Assembly: GCF_001194135.2 (NCBI RefSeq)
Contig: NC_068984.1
Span: 37,463,385 to 37,507,789 of the forward strand
DNA from: Octopus bimaculoides
Lineage: Eukaryota
Direction: 5' to 3'
Length of the DNA: 44,405 bases
Part shown: positions 1 through 9,726 of the stretch, piece after piece
Position numbering within the stretch: position 1 is the first letter of the stretch
Layout: every line of letters starts with the position of its first letter
Translations under genes and position numbers: made by a program
The notes under the pieces: generated by a model
Told to the model about the DNA's origin: nothing
Databases searched by the model: none
The model's input: only the letters and a program-made list of their open reading frames with translations

Positions 1-34
<34 letters not shown>

Positions 35-473
35 CATATGTGCATACGTATAAATATACTTGTTATATAAATGCTTCAAATCTGAGAGTATCTCATCTAT
101 AACAAAAAAAGAACTGTCTGTAAAAACCAGTTAATGATAATTTCTTCCCCATGTTGCAAAGTATATTCTGGCTTTTTAGAATTAATGAGTAAACAACGTC
201 TCAACTTTAAGTGAAAGTTTCTGAGTGCGCTGAAGTCCCTTCCAACACTTTTTCTGTTTGTTTTCATTAGTGAAGCTGCGGACATTATATTTAATATTTT
301 AGCACAGACACATACACGCAAACATACACGCGCGCACATTCACACATACATACACACACACACACATGCACACACACATATGTATATACATATATAATTA
401 TATATGCGTATATATATATATTAATTATATGCGTGCATATACATGTGTGTGTATGTGTTGGTGTTTGCATTGT

Positions 474-559
<86 letters not shown>

Positions 560-569
560 ATGTTCGTGT

Positions 570-825
570 GGGTGTGTGGCTGTGTGTAAGAAGTTTGCTT
601 TCCACTCACATGGTTCCGCGATCAGTCCCACTGCGTGGCACCTTCAGCAGTTTTCTACTAGGTCCACCAATACCGTCTAAGTGGATTTCGTATACGGAAA
701 TTGAAAGAAGCCTGCCGTATATGTGTGTGTGCGTGTATTTGTGTGCGTGTGTGTGTGTGCATATGTGTCTGTGTGTATGTGTGTGTGTGTATCTGTCTGT
801 GTCTGTTTGTTTTTGTGTCCGTCTT
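570..825 (+). mobile_element. tRNA-derived SINE (family B), 5' half plus TG-rich linker
   Basis: Degenerate tRNA-like head (GTGGCTGTGTGTAAGAAGTTTGC...GGTTCCGCGATCAGTCCCACTGC), then a body homologous to 13555-13715 (+) and 39247-39300 (-), then a (TG)-rich linker. Confidence 0.75.
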
Positions 826-912
826 TAAAAATAGGAACTGGTTTCAATTTGTTCCGCTAAACCCTTCAAGACAAAAGGACGTGCACAAGTAATGTAATAG
901 TTTGACGATATA

Positions 913-1470
913 TACAAAATAATGGAAACACCTAGCATCATAGCATCATAATTTTTAAATATCTATAAAATCCTCATAAGCTTGTTTATTTTTGTTTTTA
1001 TTTTCTTTTTCTATTCATTATTATCTATTTAATATCTTTTGCTAAAATTGCTGTTTCTTTTAAAATATCAACAGAAAAAGCAATTAAAATTCATTAAAAT
1101 GACAGATTTATCGAACTTTCAAAGAGATGAAATTGTTGGTGCTCGTATGGCAGGCGCTAGCGTAAAGAGAACAGCTAAAATGTTTGGTGTTTCAAGAAGT
1201 ACTGTCTCAAAAGTAATGACAACATTTGAGAAAGAAGGAAAAACCTCATTAAAAATCAGAAGACCACTACTTTCAAAGAGAAACATTGCAAAGCGTTTAA
1301 AGTGGAGTCAAAGCCTACAGAATTGGTCCCTAGAGCAGTGGAAGAATGTTATTTTCTCGGACGAATCATCCTTTACCTTATTTCCGTCCACCGGCCGAGT
1401 ATACGTGTGGAGACATCCAAAAGAAGCATTTGACCCAGACTGCCTTCTTCCAACTGTTAAACAGGGTGGA
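913..1470 (+). mobile_element. Tc1-family DNA transposon, 5' fragment with internally deleted transposase
   Basis: ATG at 1099 gives MTDLSNFQRDEIVGARMAGASVKRTAKMFGVSRSTVSKV (paired-like HTH), followed by RPLLSKRN..KRLKW..WKNVIFSDES..RVYVWR..AFDPDCLLPTVKQGG (Tc1 catalytic N-part with the first D). TIR-like TACAAAATAATGGAAACACC at 913-932. The 3' half is absent. Confidence 0.85.
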
Positions 1471-1471
1471 A

Positions 1472-1695
1472 GATCTTTCTGTCTGTGTTTGAACCCCACC
1501 ACCGTTTGACAAGCCAGTGTTGGTGCGTTTACGTATCCGTAACTTAGCGGTTCGGCAAAAGAGAGCGATAGAATAGACAGTATGCTTAACAAAACGATAA
1601 GTAATGGGACTGATTCATTTGATTAAAAATTCTTCGAGACGGTGCCCCAGTATGGCTGCAGTCTAATGACTGAAACTAGTAAGAGATTAAAGACA
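1472..1695 (+). mobile_element. SINE family B, 3' half
   Basis: CCGTAACTTAGCGGTTCGGCAAAAGAG...AATGACTGAAACTAGTAA matches the reverse complement of 38990-39180. In that copy this segment is contiguous with the family B head region through a (TATG)n linker. Confidence 0.75.
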
Positions 1696-1766
1696 AAACA
1701 TGTGTGTGTGTGTTTGTGTGTGTGTATTTATGCTTACATACGTACGTACGTATGTATGTATGTATG

Positions 1767-1821
<55 letters not shown>

Positions 1822-2437
1822 ATATATGTATGTGTATGTATGTATGTATGTATATATATATGTGTGTGTGTATGTCTGTCTGTCTGTCTATCTGTCTTTT
1901 TATATATGTATGTATTTTTATAAGTGTTTAACTATAAACAAAGTTGAAAGAAAAGAAGTAAAAAACGAAGGCGAGAATGATAATATGAGAATATTAAAAA
2001 AAATATATATGAAACAAAACAAAGAAACATAATAAAAACCAATAATGAAAAATGTGATCCGGAAATATGAATATAAATATAAAAGGAGGAAACGAAAAGA
2101 GAAGCTTAGAAGAAAGACTTAATGAGCAAAAGAGAAACGAAGAATGTTTGGAGAAGAATATTATGTGAAAAGGAAGATGTGCTTAGAGAGGGAGAATTAG
2201 ACTGAAACAGATATTAATGTGGAGTTATGAAAGATAGTAAATAAGGAGGAGATGTTTGGTAAGAAGAGAATATAATATATAAAAAAAAAAACAGAAGGAG
2301 AAAAATTGAAATGAGATGCGAAAGTAAAGTAAAGCTAACCTCTTGGTTAGAGGAAATTCCGGGAGGTGGAAGAGAGGAATTGGAAGAAGAAGAATAAAAA
2401 AAATTGTAAATGACCTGTGTAATATTGATAACAAATA

Positions 2438-2589
2438 GAAGAAGAAGAAGAAGAAGAAGAAGAAGAAGAAGAAGAAGAAGAAGAAGAAGAAGAAGAAGAA
2501 GAAGAAGAAGAAGAAGAAGAAGAAGAAGAAGAAGAAGAAGAAGAAGAAACAACTACTACAACAACAAAACAATAACAACAGCGACAGCA

Positions 2590-2654
<65 letters not shown>

Positions 2655-2710
2655 TAATAACAACACAACAACAATAATAACAACAACATTAATGATAACA
2701 TTAACAATAA
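2438..2710 (+). repeat. Compound trinucleotide microsatellite: (GAA)37, CAA-rich spacer, (AAT)~21
   Basis: Pure GAA run at 2438-2548 and AAT run at about 2590-2652, read directly from the sequence. Confidence 0.95.
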
Positions 2711-2789
2711 TATCGATAAAGCGTAAAAAGTTTACAGAATTATAAGACTGAGAAGGAGACCATCTGAAAACGTTCACAAAAGAAATAAA

Positions 2790-3200
2790 TTAATCTAACA
2801 CGATCGATTCATTAACCGGTTCAGCTTTGCCAACATATTTTTTAATGACATATTCTGAGGATGAAGATCAGCACCCATGAGCCTTGTTACAAGGTCTTCA
2901 AGATTAATTAACGGGGAAATGTAAAGATAAACCATAATTCATTGTTAAAATCGGTGACTTTGTCCTAATATTTGTAAAGTGTAAGACTCAATAAAATACC
3001 TTTCCAGGGCTGATGTAGTGAACTATAGATTAAGTTTACCAATCAGTAGGGCTTCCATCTAGCATTGATACCGAAGTTTAACCAAGGAATAATCACGTCA
3101 TAAGTGATCAATATAAAACTTCTGTTAAATTGGTTTTCTCACTAACAACTATTTAATCAGATGTAATTAACACTTTTTTTATGTGAGGAACTTGATGCTA
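2790..3200 (-). mobile_element. Highly decayed L1-like RT remnant
   Basis: Minus-strand frames give fragments (GKLNL, KY*G, LKNMLAKLNRL) in the order expected for L1 RT domains 6-7 and the downstream region. Many stops and frameshifts. Confidence 0.3.
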
Positions 3201-3519
3201 TTATAGATGTAACTTAGCCTTGTAACAAATGAAGCAAGACGGATTTCTCCCAATATTTGAGGAAAAGGTAAAAAAATTTCTTCTGTTAAGTGCCAGAGCG
3301 TATGTTGCGGTGATCATTTTGTTACCGCATCCAATGATTTTATTGCGTTTTTGCAGGCGTTTTGTTCTTTTGTTTGATAAAACACTACTAGATTCTTCGG
3401 TTGACTGAGAGTGAATCTACTGTAGTAAGCCAGAATGAATACTTGATCCAAATAGTGTATAAATACAATAACATATAATAATGATGTTTAATTTCTTTGT
3501 GTCGAAGGTTATGCTATTA

Positions 3520-3936
3520 AAAACGATTAGAAGGGGGTCGATGGTAGATTTTCACTTTCTGTTGACTGTTTCTTTGAGCCATTTCTTCATTACAGTTTTC
3601 ACTTCCTCGTCACTGGAATAATGTTTGCCTCTCAAACCCTCTTTCGTGGGGCTGAAGAGATGATAGTCCAGTGACGATGATAGTCCAGTGATGAGGAAGT
3701 GAAAACTGTAGTGAAGAAGTGGCTCAAAGAACAGACAACAGAATTATACGGAGCAGGGATACATGCTCTCATTCGAAGGTGGAACATTGCTATTGAGAGA
3801 AACAGTAACTATCTTGAGAAGAAGGGATGTGATCCACAGAGGACCAACTTCATTTTGATGTATGATACATGTTCTTGTGTTGGTAATTATACCTGCCCTA
3901 AACAGAATGTCATTACTTTTTGACTCACCCTCGTAT
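3520..3936 (+). mobile_element. Mariner-family transposon 3' end, with an inverted duplicate of part of it
   Basis: DEEVKTVVKKWLKEQTTELYGAGIHALIRRWNIAIERNSNYLEK is a typical mariner C-terminus. TIR-like TTACTTTTTGACTCACCCTCG at 3914-3934 is followed by TA. Positions 3557-3660 are a minus-strand copy of the same region. Confidence 0.85.
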
Positions 3937-4060
3937 ATATGTGCATATACAAATAGACATATCCATGTATTTTTACTTTTACTTTTTAATTTGCTTTCTT
4001 TTATTCTTGTCTTTAGAAATAATTATGTGTATGCGTGTATATGTTGATGTGTATGTATGG

Positions 4061-4091
<31 letters not shown>

Positions 4092-4221
4092 TNNNNNNNN
4101 NNNNNNNNNNNNNNNNNNNNNNNNNNTATATATATATATATATTAAGAATTTACACTACCTTCTTAATTCCGCCGGGGTCGATTTTGCCTTTCATCTTTT
4201 CGGATCGATAAAATAAGTACC

Positions 4222-4547
4222 ATTATTTACATTCGACGGATATTTGTCCTCATCTTGTTTGTTGTTAACATAACGTTTCGGCTGATATACCCTCCAGCCT
4301 TCTTCAGGTGTCTTACGGAAATTTCGAACCTAGGTTCTCATTCCTAAGGTATTTTTCGATGTTATTATTATTATTGTTGTTGTTGTTGTTGTTGTTCAGG
4401 TCACTGCTTGGAATCGAACTCGGAATCTTGGGGTTTGTAGCCTGCGCTCGTAGCCACTACGCCATATGCCCGTGGGCAAATATCCATCGAATGTAAATAA
4501 TGTAAATAATGTAAATAATGTACATAATTCCTCATCTCTTAAATATA
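4222..4547 (-). mobile_element. Solo Penelope-like terminal repeat unit (tRNA-like head, hammerhead, inverted tail) with 12-bp TSD
   Basis: TSD AAAATAAGTACC at 4210-4221 and 4548-4559. On the minus strand: A box TGGCGTAGTGG (4454-4464), B box GTTCGATTCC (4410-4419), AAC/AAT tract, hammerhead (4267-4312), tail ending TGTAAATAATG. An inverted tail copy lies at 4478-4547. Homologous to 6024-6840. Confidence 0.85.
4267..4312 (-). ncRNA. Minimal type I hammerhead ribozyme (family 1)
   Basis: Minus strand reads GACAC-CUGAAGA-A-GGCUG(GAGGGUAUAU)CAGCC-GAAAC-GUU-AUGUU. Core is intact. There is one mismatch in stem I next to the cleavage site. Confidence 0.7.
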
Positions 4548-5283
4548 AAAATAAGTACCGGTTGAACACTGGGACTGATGTAATTGACTTAATCCTCCCT
4601 CAAAATTGTTGGCCTTGTGCCAAAATATGAAACCAATATTTTATCATAACTTTGGGAAGAACATAAAAGTTCTTTTTCACCTTCCACTTATACTCTTGTA
4701 CTTATTATACATGACGTCAGTTATCGAGAGTTACAAATGATGAGATATATTCAAACATTAGAGCAAATAAGATATTTCCTTTCCTTTTAAATCCAATTGA
4801 GGTAACCGTGTCGTAGAAAGTAGAAGATTAAACACTGATTTTGTACTTAATATCTTTTAATTAATTTGAAAATTAATACAGATTATTGGATGTGTGAGAT
4901 GACTCAAAGAAGACCTTCGCCTTGATGAGAGTTTACCTACTACAAACGGCATTCGTATTCCCGACTATGACAATTCTATTTTTTAGGCATCCTTTAATTA
5001 AAAGCATTATACTTCAAAACCAAAATAAACAAAATATCTCTGAATCAAGCTTGCAGTTTAATTGTCAGTTTTAGCTAATGTGCCTGAGTATATCAAAACA
5101 AGCTATATTATCTATATTACTCCTCGAAAGCTACTTCAATTTTAAATGTCATCTGGCTAGTTTATGTATATTATAATGTTTTAGCTAATTTGATGAAATA
5201 GATATTTTAAGACAGGATCTGTACATACAGTTCTATATTTAAGAGATGAGGAATTATGTACATTATTTACATTTGACGGATAT

Positions 5284-6000
5284 TTGTCCTTCACTCGACG
5301 ATATCTCAACTTCAATTCCCACCATCCATACAGTGTAAAGATAGGGATTGCTCAGTGCCTAAAACATCGAGCAAAGAATGTAAGTAGCGATCGTGATACC
5401 CGACACGAAGAAATGATCAAGCTCAGTAACAATCTATTAAGCAACAACTACTCCAAAAACATACTATACACTCCAATTATGGAGAAAAGAGAGGATGAAA
5501 CCAATAAACTGTCCACAGTCTGTCTACCCCATGTGAAAGGCCTCTCCGAAAAAATACAAACGATATGTGATCCATATGACATCAGGACAGTATTCAAGAG
5601 TAATACAACTCTTCGCAAATATCTCCTTCGATTAAAACTACCAATAGAAGAGAATATGATCAAAATCTGCGTGTACTCCATCCCATGCAGCTGTGGTATG
5701 TCATACAAAGGCGAAGCATGTCGCCCCCTCAAAATAAGGGTAGAGGAACATCGCAAAGTTGTGACACGAGGAGATATTGATAAATCGGGTATAGCTGATC
5801 ATGTATGGAAAAATGGAGACCATCTCCCCCTGTGGAATGAAGTTAAAATAATAGACAGAGAACAACACTGGAAAATACGAAAACTAAAAGAAGCAGCACA
5901 TGTGCTAGGATACAACAACCTCCTAAGGAGATCGAGTGCAGATATGAATAACATATGGGAGCCGGTATTAAGGAAGGATAGGAAAATATTAGATTTATAA
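5284..6000 (+). CDS. Penelope-like polyprotein C-terminus (RT thumb/linker plus GIY-YIG endonuclease), 5'-truncated
   Basis: 238 codons without a stop. RYLNFNSHHP..VK.GI (PLE post-RT motif), LPHVKGLSEKI, CVYSIPCSCGMSYKGE..RPLKIRVEEH, SGIADH, KLKEA. There is no genuine start codon because the first codons come from the inverted tail. Confidence 0.9.
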   Translation: MSFTRRYLNFNSHHPYSVKIGIAQCLKHRAKNVSSDRDTRHEEMIKLSNNLLSNNYSKNILYTPIMEKREDETNKLSTVCLPHVKGLSEKIQTICDPYDIRTVFKSNTTLRKYLLRLKLPIEENMIKICVYSIPCSCGMSYKGEACRPLKIRVEEHRKVVTRGDIDKSGIADHVWKNGDHLPLWNEVKIIDREQHWKIRKLKEAAHVLGYNNLLRRSSADMNNIWEPVLRKDRKILDL

Positions 6001-6023
6001 ACCCTAAAATTCACTCCATAATT

Positions 6024-6080
6024 GCCCACGGGCATATGGCGTAGTGGTTAGGAGCGCGGTCTACTAACCCCAAAATTCCG
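6024..6080 (+). promoter_or_regulatory. tRNA-like Pol III head of the PLE terminal repeat (A box present, B box deleted in this copy)
   Basis: TGGCGTAGTGG at 6037-6047. Aligns to the minus strand of 4420-4477, but lacks the AGTTCGATTCCAAGCAGTGACCT segment present in that copy. Confidence 0.7.
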
Positions 6081-6391
6081 AATAATAATAATAATAATAA
6101 TAATNNNNNNNNNNNNNNNNNNNNNNNNNNNNNNNNNNNNNNNNNNNNNNNNNNNNNNNNNNNNNNNNNNNNNNNNNNNNNNNNNNNNNNNNNNNNNNNN
6201 NNNNNNNNNNNNNNNNNNNNNNNNNNNNNNNNNNNNNNNNNNNNNNNNNNNNNNNNNNNNNNNNNNNNNNNNNNNNNNNNNNNNNNNNNNNNNNNNNNNN
6301 NNNNNNNNNNNNNNNNNNNNNNNNNNNNNNNNNNNNNNNNNNNNNNNNNNNNNNNNNNNNNNNNNNNNNNNNNNNNNNNNNNNNNNNNNNN

Positions 6392-6680
6392 ACAGATGGC
6401 CATCCATGCTCGTCATCAAATAACCAAAAGAAAAAGAATGAAAAATGGTCTAGGGAAGATAATAAAGAAGTTCTTACAGCCTTCTACCATGCCATATATT
6501 TCCCTACAGATAAATCTAATACTAAACATTCACTTGAACAAAACTGTACAAATCCAAATATATGGTACCCTAGGCATAACACCTACATGAACTTCTAACT
6601 TGTTGTCTCTTGAGGTCTCTGGGTGAGACTTGGATCCAACTTGTACAAATGCAAAACAAAAGTCAAACATAAAATAATAA
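6392..6680 (+). mobile_element. Internally deleted R4/Dong-like non-LTR element nested in the (AAT)n tract of the PLE repeat
   Basis: 6392-6520 translates to ..KKNEKWSREDNKEVLTAFYHA, which resembles the N-terminus of R4/Dong-type ORFs. The segment is absent from the 4222-4547 copy, is preceded by (AAT)8 and ends in AAATAATAATAAT. Confidence 0.5.
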
Positions 6681-6738
6681 TAATAACAACATCGAAAAAT
6701 ATCTTAGGAATGAAAACCCAGAATCGAAATTTCCCCAA

Positions 6739-6784
6739 GACACCTGAGGAAGGCTGAAGGGTATATCAGCCGAAACGTTGTGTT
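6739..6784 (+). ncRNA. Minimal type I hammerhead ribozyme (family 1)
   Basis: GACAC-CUGAGGA-A-GGCUGA(AGGGUAUA)UCAGCC-GAAAC-GUU-GUGUU. Stem I is 5 bp, stem II is 6 bp, stem III is the loopless palindrome AACGUU, and the NUH triplet is GUU (cut after 6779). Confidence 0.8.
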
Positions 6785-7559
6785 AACATCAAACAAGATG
6801 AGAACAAATATCCGTCAAATGTAAATAATGTAAATAATGTAGGATCTGTATACAGAGTCGACTTTTGTCTCAGATTTCTTTCCGATATAGTCTCCACCTT
6901 TCTCAATATGTATCATATACGATACAACACTCTTAGAGGCATGTTTATAATTAGGTGGATGTTATATATAAATCATTTCGAGGCAGCTATATACAACTAT
7001 AGATCAGATGGATGTTATATCCTTGTGTTTCATGTTATTGAGTATTTATACTATACTCTTATTTCAGTCTGACGAATCTTAATCACCCATGATATGTGTG
7101 GGAATAACTATTAAAATATAATTTAAAATGAAATCTGTTTAGCCATTAAATTTCGTGAATGAATAACAATGGCTACCATTAAGCTGAGTGGTTCACAATG
7201 AATAATAAACGAATTTCTAGTCACATTTGGATGAAATGGACGCCTGACTGTTAGCAACCTACAGAATAGTATTACATATGTTGTGGAAAGTATATAAATG
7301 CCTCCAATAAACATTTAGTATACTATATATTAATGTGTGCGAGAGCGTTTAACCTAGAATTAGAATAGTAATGTTAAACTTCAATAATACATAGAAAAGA
7401 TTTATTCAAGATGGTACACGTCAAAGCACTTTTAAATCAGATGAGCACCACAGTAGAGTAATACTCAGGGCTGCTACTACGCACACAGACATCCTGAATC
7501 ACATTCTGCGAAGGCGTACTCGGCTGCTTGGTGTTAAGTCATTAACAGAAGCACTCTAG

Positions 7560-8030
7560 TTTCTAGTCCACAGGCCTGATGTCGCCTCTCTGTCATTTCT
7601 TTAGCGACTATAATGGCTGCTGCTCCTCAGAACAAGCTGGTTACGTATCTCCGTCATTCAGGCAGTCCTACTCATTCTTCTATCCACTTCTCATCGACCT
7701 TTTTCCATCCATCCAAACTCAGTCCATACAAAACAATGTGCTCAGTCCTTCCTTCTCAAAACGTATCCTATCTGAAATATTCTCCTTATTCCTTATCTCT
7801 CTCCTGCTGGTGCTGACCATCGTGAGGGACTCCTTTGAAAAGGATTTGAAGCGGTCTAGCTAAAGCACTTTTACATTTATTCAGGAGGATTGCAGGGAAT
7901 CCGTCAAGACCCGTTGCTGAGTTCGAGCTCAGCTCTTCAATGGCTGATATCACATCAGTTTCCTCTATGTTAATGTTATCAATAGTTGCCATTTCGCAAT
8001 GTGTGTCTTCGGGGTCAAAGAATCTATCCG

Positions 8031-8031
<1 letters not shown>
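7560..8031 (-). mobile_element. CR1/L2-group LINE RT fragment
   Basis: IDNINIEETDVISAIEELSSNSATGLDGFPAILLNKCKSALARPLQILF is the typical pre-RT/domain 0 motif (PG.DG.P..LLK.C...LA.PL..LF). The sequence is frameshifted and decayed downstream. Confidence 0.8.
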
Positions 8032-8075
<44 letters not shown>

Positions 8076-8479
8076 NNNNNNNNNNNNNNNNNNNNNNNNN
8101 NNNNNNNNNNNNNNNNNNNNNNNNNNNNNNNNNNNNNNNNNNNNNNNNNNNNNNNNNNNNNNNNNNNNNNNNNNNNNNNNNNNNNNNNNNNNNNNNNNNN
8201 NNNNNNNNNNNNNNNNNNNNNNNNNNNNNNNNNNNNNNNNNNNNNNNNNNNNNNNNNNATATATATATATATATATACTAATACATATCTGTGAATGTGT
8301 TTGCGTTTGTACGTGTAGTATTTAATATGTATGTATATTATTCTCGTATATAATATACATTTACAAATGACGAGGGAATTATGAATATAAGTCAATGCCT
8401 TAGTAGATGATGACTTTTATCTTGTTTACATTAGGAATCAATAGATTACTGTTCCTAATTGCCTGTATCTTCTGGAAAA

Positions 8480-9110
8480 AAGGGAGAAATACCAAATAAA
8501 TTATTATGTGTATATGGAATGATTTATAATACTTATAGAATACGGAACGGAATATGTCAATCTTCTATACTTCAGGAGCATGATATATATATATATATAT
8601 ATAGCTCTTGGTGTTATTGAAAATGTTGCTGGCTTTTAAAAATGAGCTGCTTTAGGATAGGAGAATCAAGTCTTAATCTTCTTTTGCATAATTTATGACA
8701 TTTGCAGATGTTATTTCTTATGGCATTCGTAATCTACCAATATACGTAGAAGCATTCTGGTAACACTTGATATAACACTAATATCTATTATACCTCACTT
8801 AATTCTTTTTCAAGTAGAACTCAGCAAACGATAAAATTCCACAGTGATGATACTCTACATTTGGATTTTACGAAGCGTCTAATATTTCTAAAATAAACTT
8901 TCCTTCTCTTTTCTATATATCACTATAATCCATTCCATTTTAAGATGACTTACTTAACTACTATTGTAAATTTAGCAGCTGTGTCGATACGGTTTGATCA
9001 TCTTCTGTTGCCTTGAACCAGTAATCGATCATTATTTATATTTTCAGATGATATTTATTATGGCATTTCGCAAGCTGTCATTATGCTATAATATCAAATA
9101 ACTTTGATAT
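8480..9110 (+). mobile_element. Very decayed LINE RT remnants
   Basis: Fragments RIRNGICQSS, FRIGESSLNLLL..FADV, LHLDFTK and LFYIF.DDI resemble RT domains 3-5, but in shifting frames. Confidence 0.3.
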
Positions 9111-9550
9111 TATAACAATATCTATGATATTTTAACCAATGACCGATCAATTTTTACTATGTTCGTTTAACTTCAAATTCTTTCTGTTTTACCGGGTAAG
9201 GGATTTGCTTTCATCTTAAGATACAACAGATGGTTTGCAAGAAGTTTGGTACAAATTGTCAATAGCCTAAATTCTGTTTCGTAGCATAAAACTGTCTTAA
9301 TATGTTTTGGACTTGCAGCATAGATATCACTGGTTCAGTTTTACTTGAAACTTTGTATTTTGTAGTCAAACAGCACCCACAAAGAAACTCCTCCGACTCA
9401 TTTGTCCAACTAGCTTGTAGATATACGTACTAGCTCATGTATAAAACTAGAATACAAACGATTGTAAGTGGCCTAGTATTTCAGCTGAGCTTTCTGTTCA
9501 TACAGGCATACACATTTATGCGTGTGCGTGCGTGTGTGTGTGTGTATGTG

Positions 9551-9589
<39 letters not shown>

Positions 9590-9726
9590 GTGTGTGTGCG
9601 GGCACGCTCTGAGGTGGGTGTGTGCGTGTGTAGTGTGTGTGTAAGTGTAGGCAACATGTTTATGCAGCGAGTTTATAGATCGATTCAGTGATTTAAATAA
9701 GGTGTATACGGATAGACTAATAGTAT

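Larger units (their letters stand above)
4165..4640 (+). mobile_element. tRNA-derived SINE (family A) body, split by a nested insertion at 4222-4547
   Basis: 4165-4221 joined to 4560-4640 restores a body homologous to 9727-9933 (-) and 38305-38518 (+), including CTTTCATC..GATAAAATAAGTACC..CTGGG. Confidence 0.8.
5214..6850 (+). mobile_element. 5'-truncated Penelope-like element with inverted tail, 3' terminal repeat and putative 10-bp TSD
   Basis: AGGATCTGTA at 5214-5223 and 6841-6850. Inverted tail copy at about 5226-5290, GIY-YIG ORF to 6000, tRNA-like head 6024-6080, hammerhead 6739-6784, tail (TGTAAATAA)n to 6840. The unit spans an N gap at 6105-6391. Confidence 0.8.

Noticed and set aside
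6024-6080. Functional tRNA gene (also considered for 4400-4477 and 19118-19190)
   Set aside because: No complete cloverleaf or acceptor stem and no poly-T terminator; these are tRNA-derived repeat heads.
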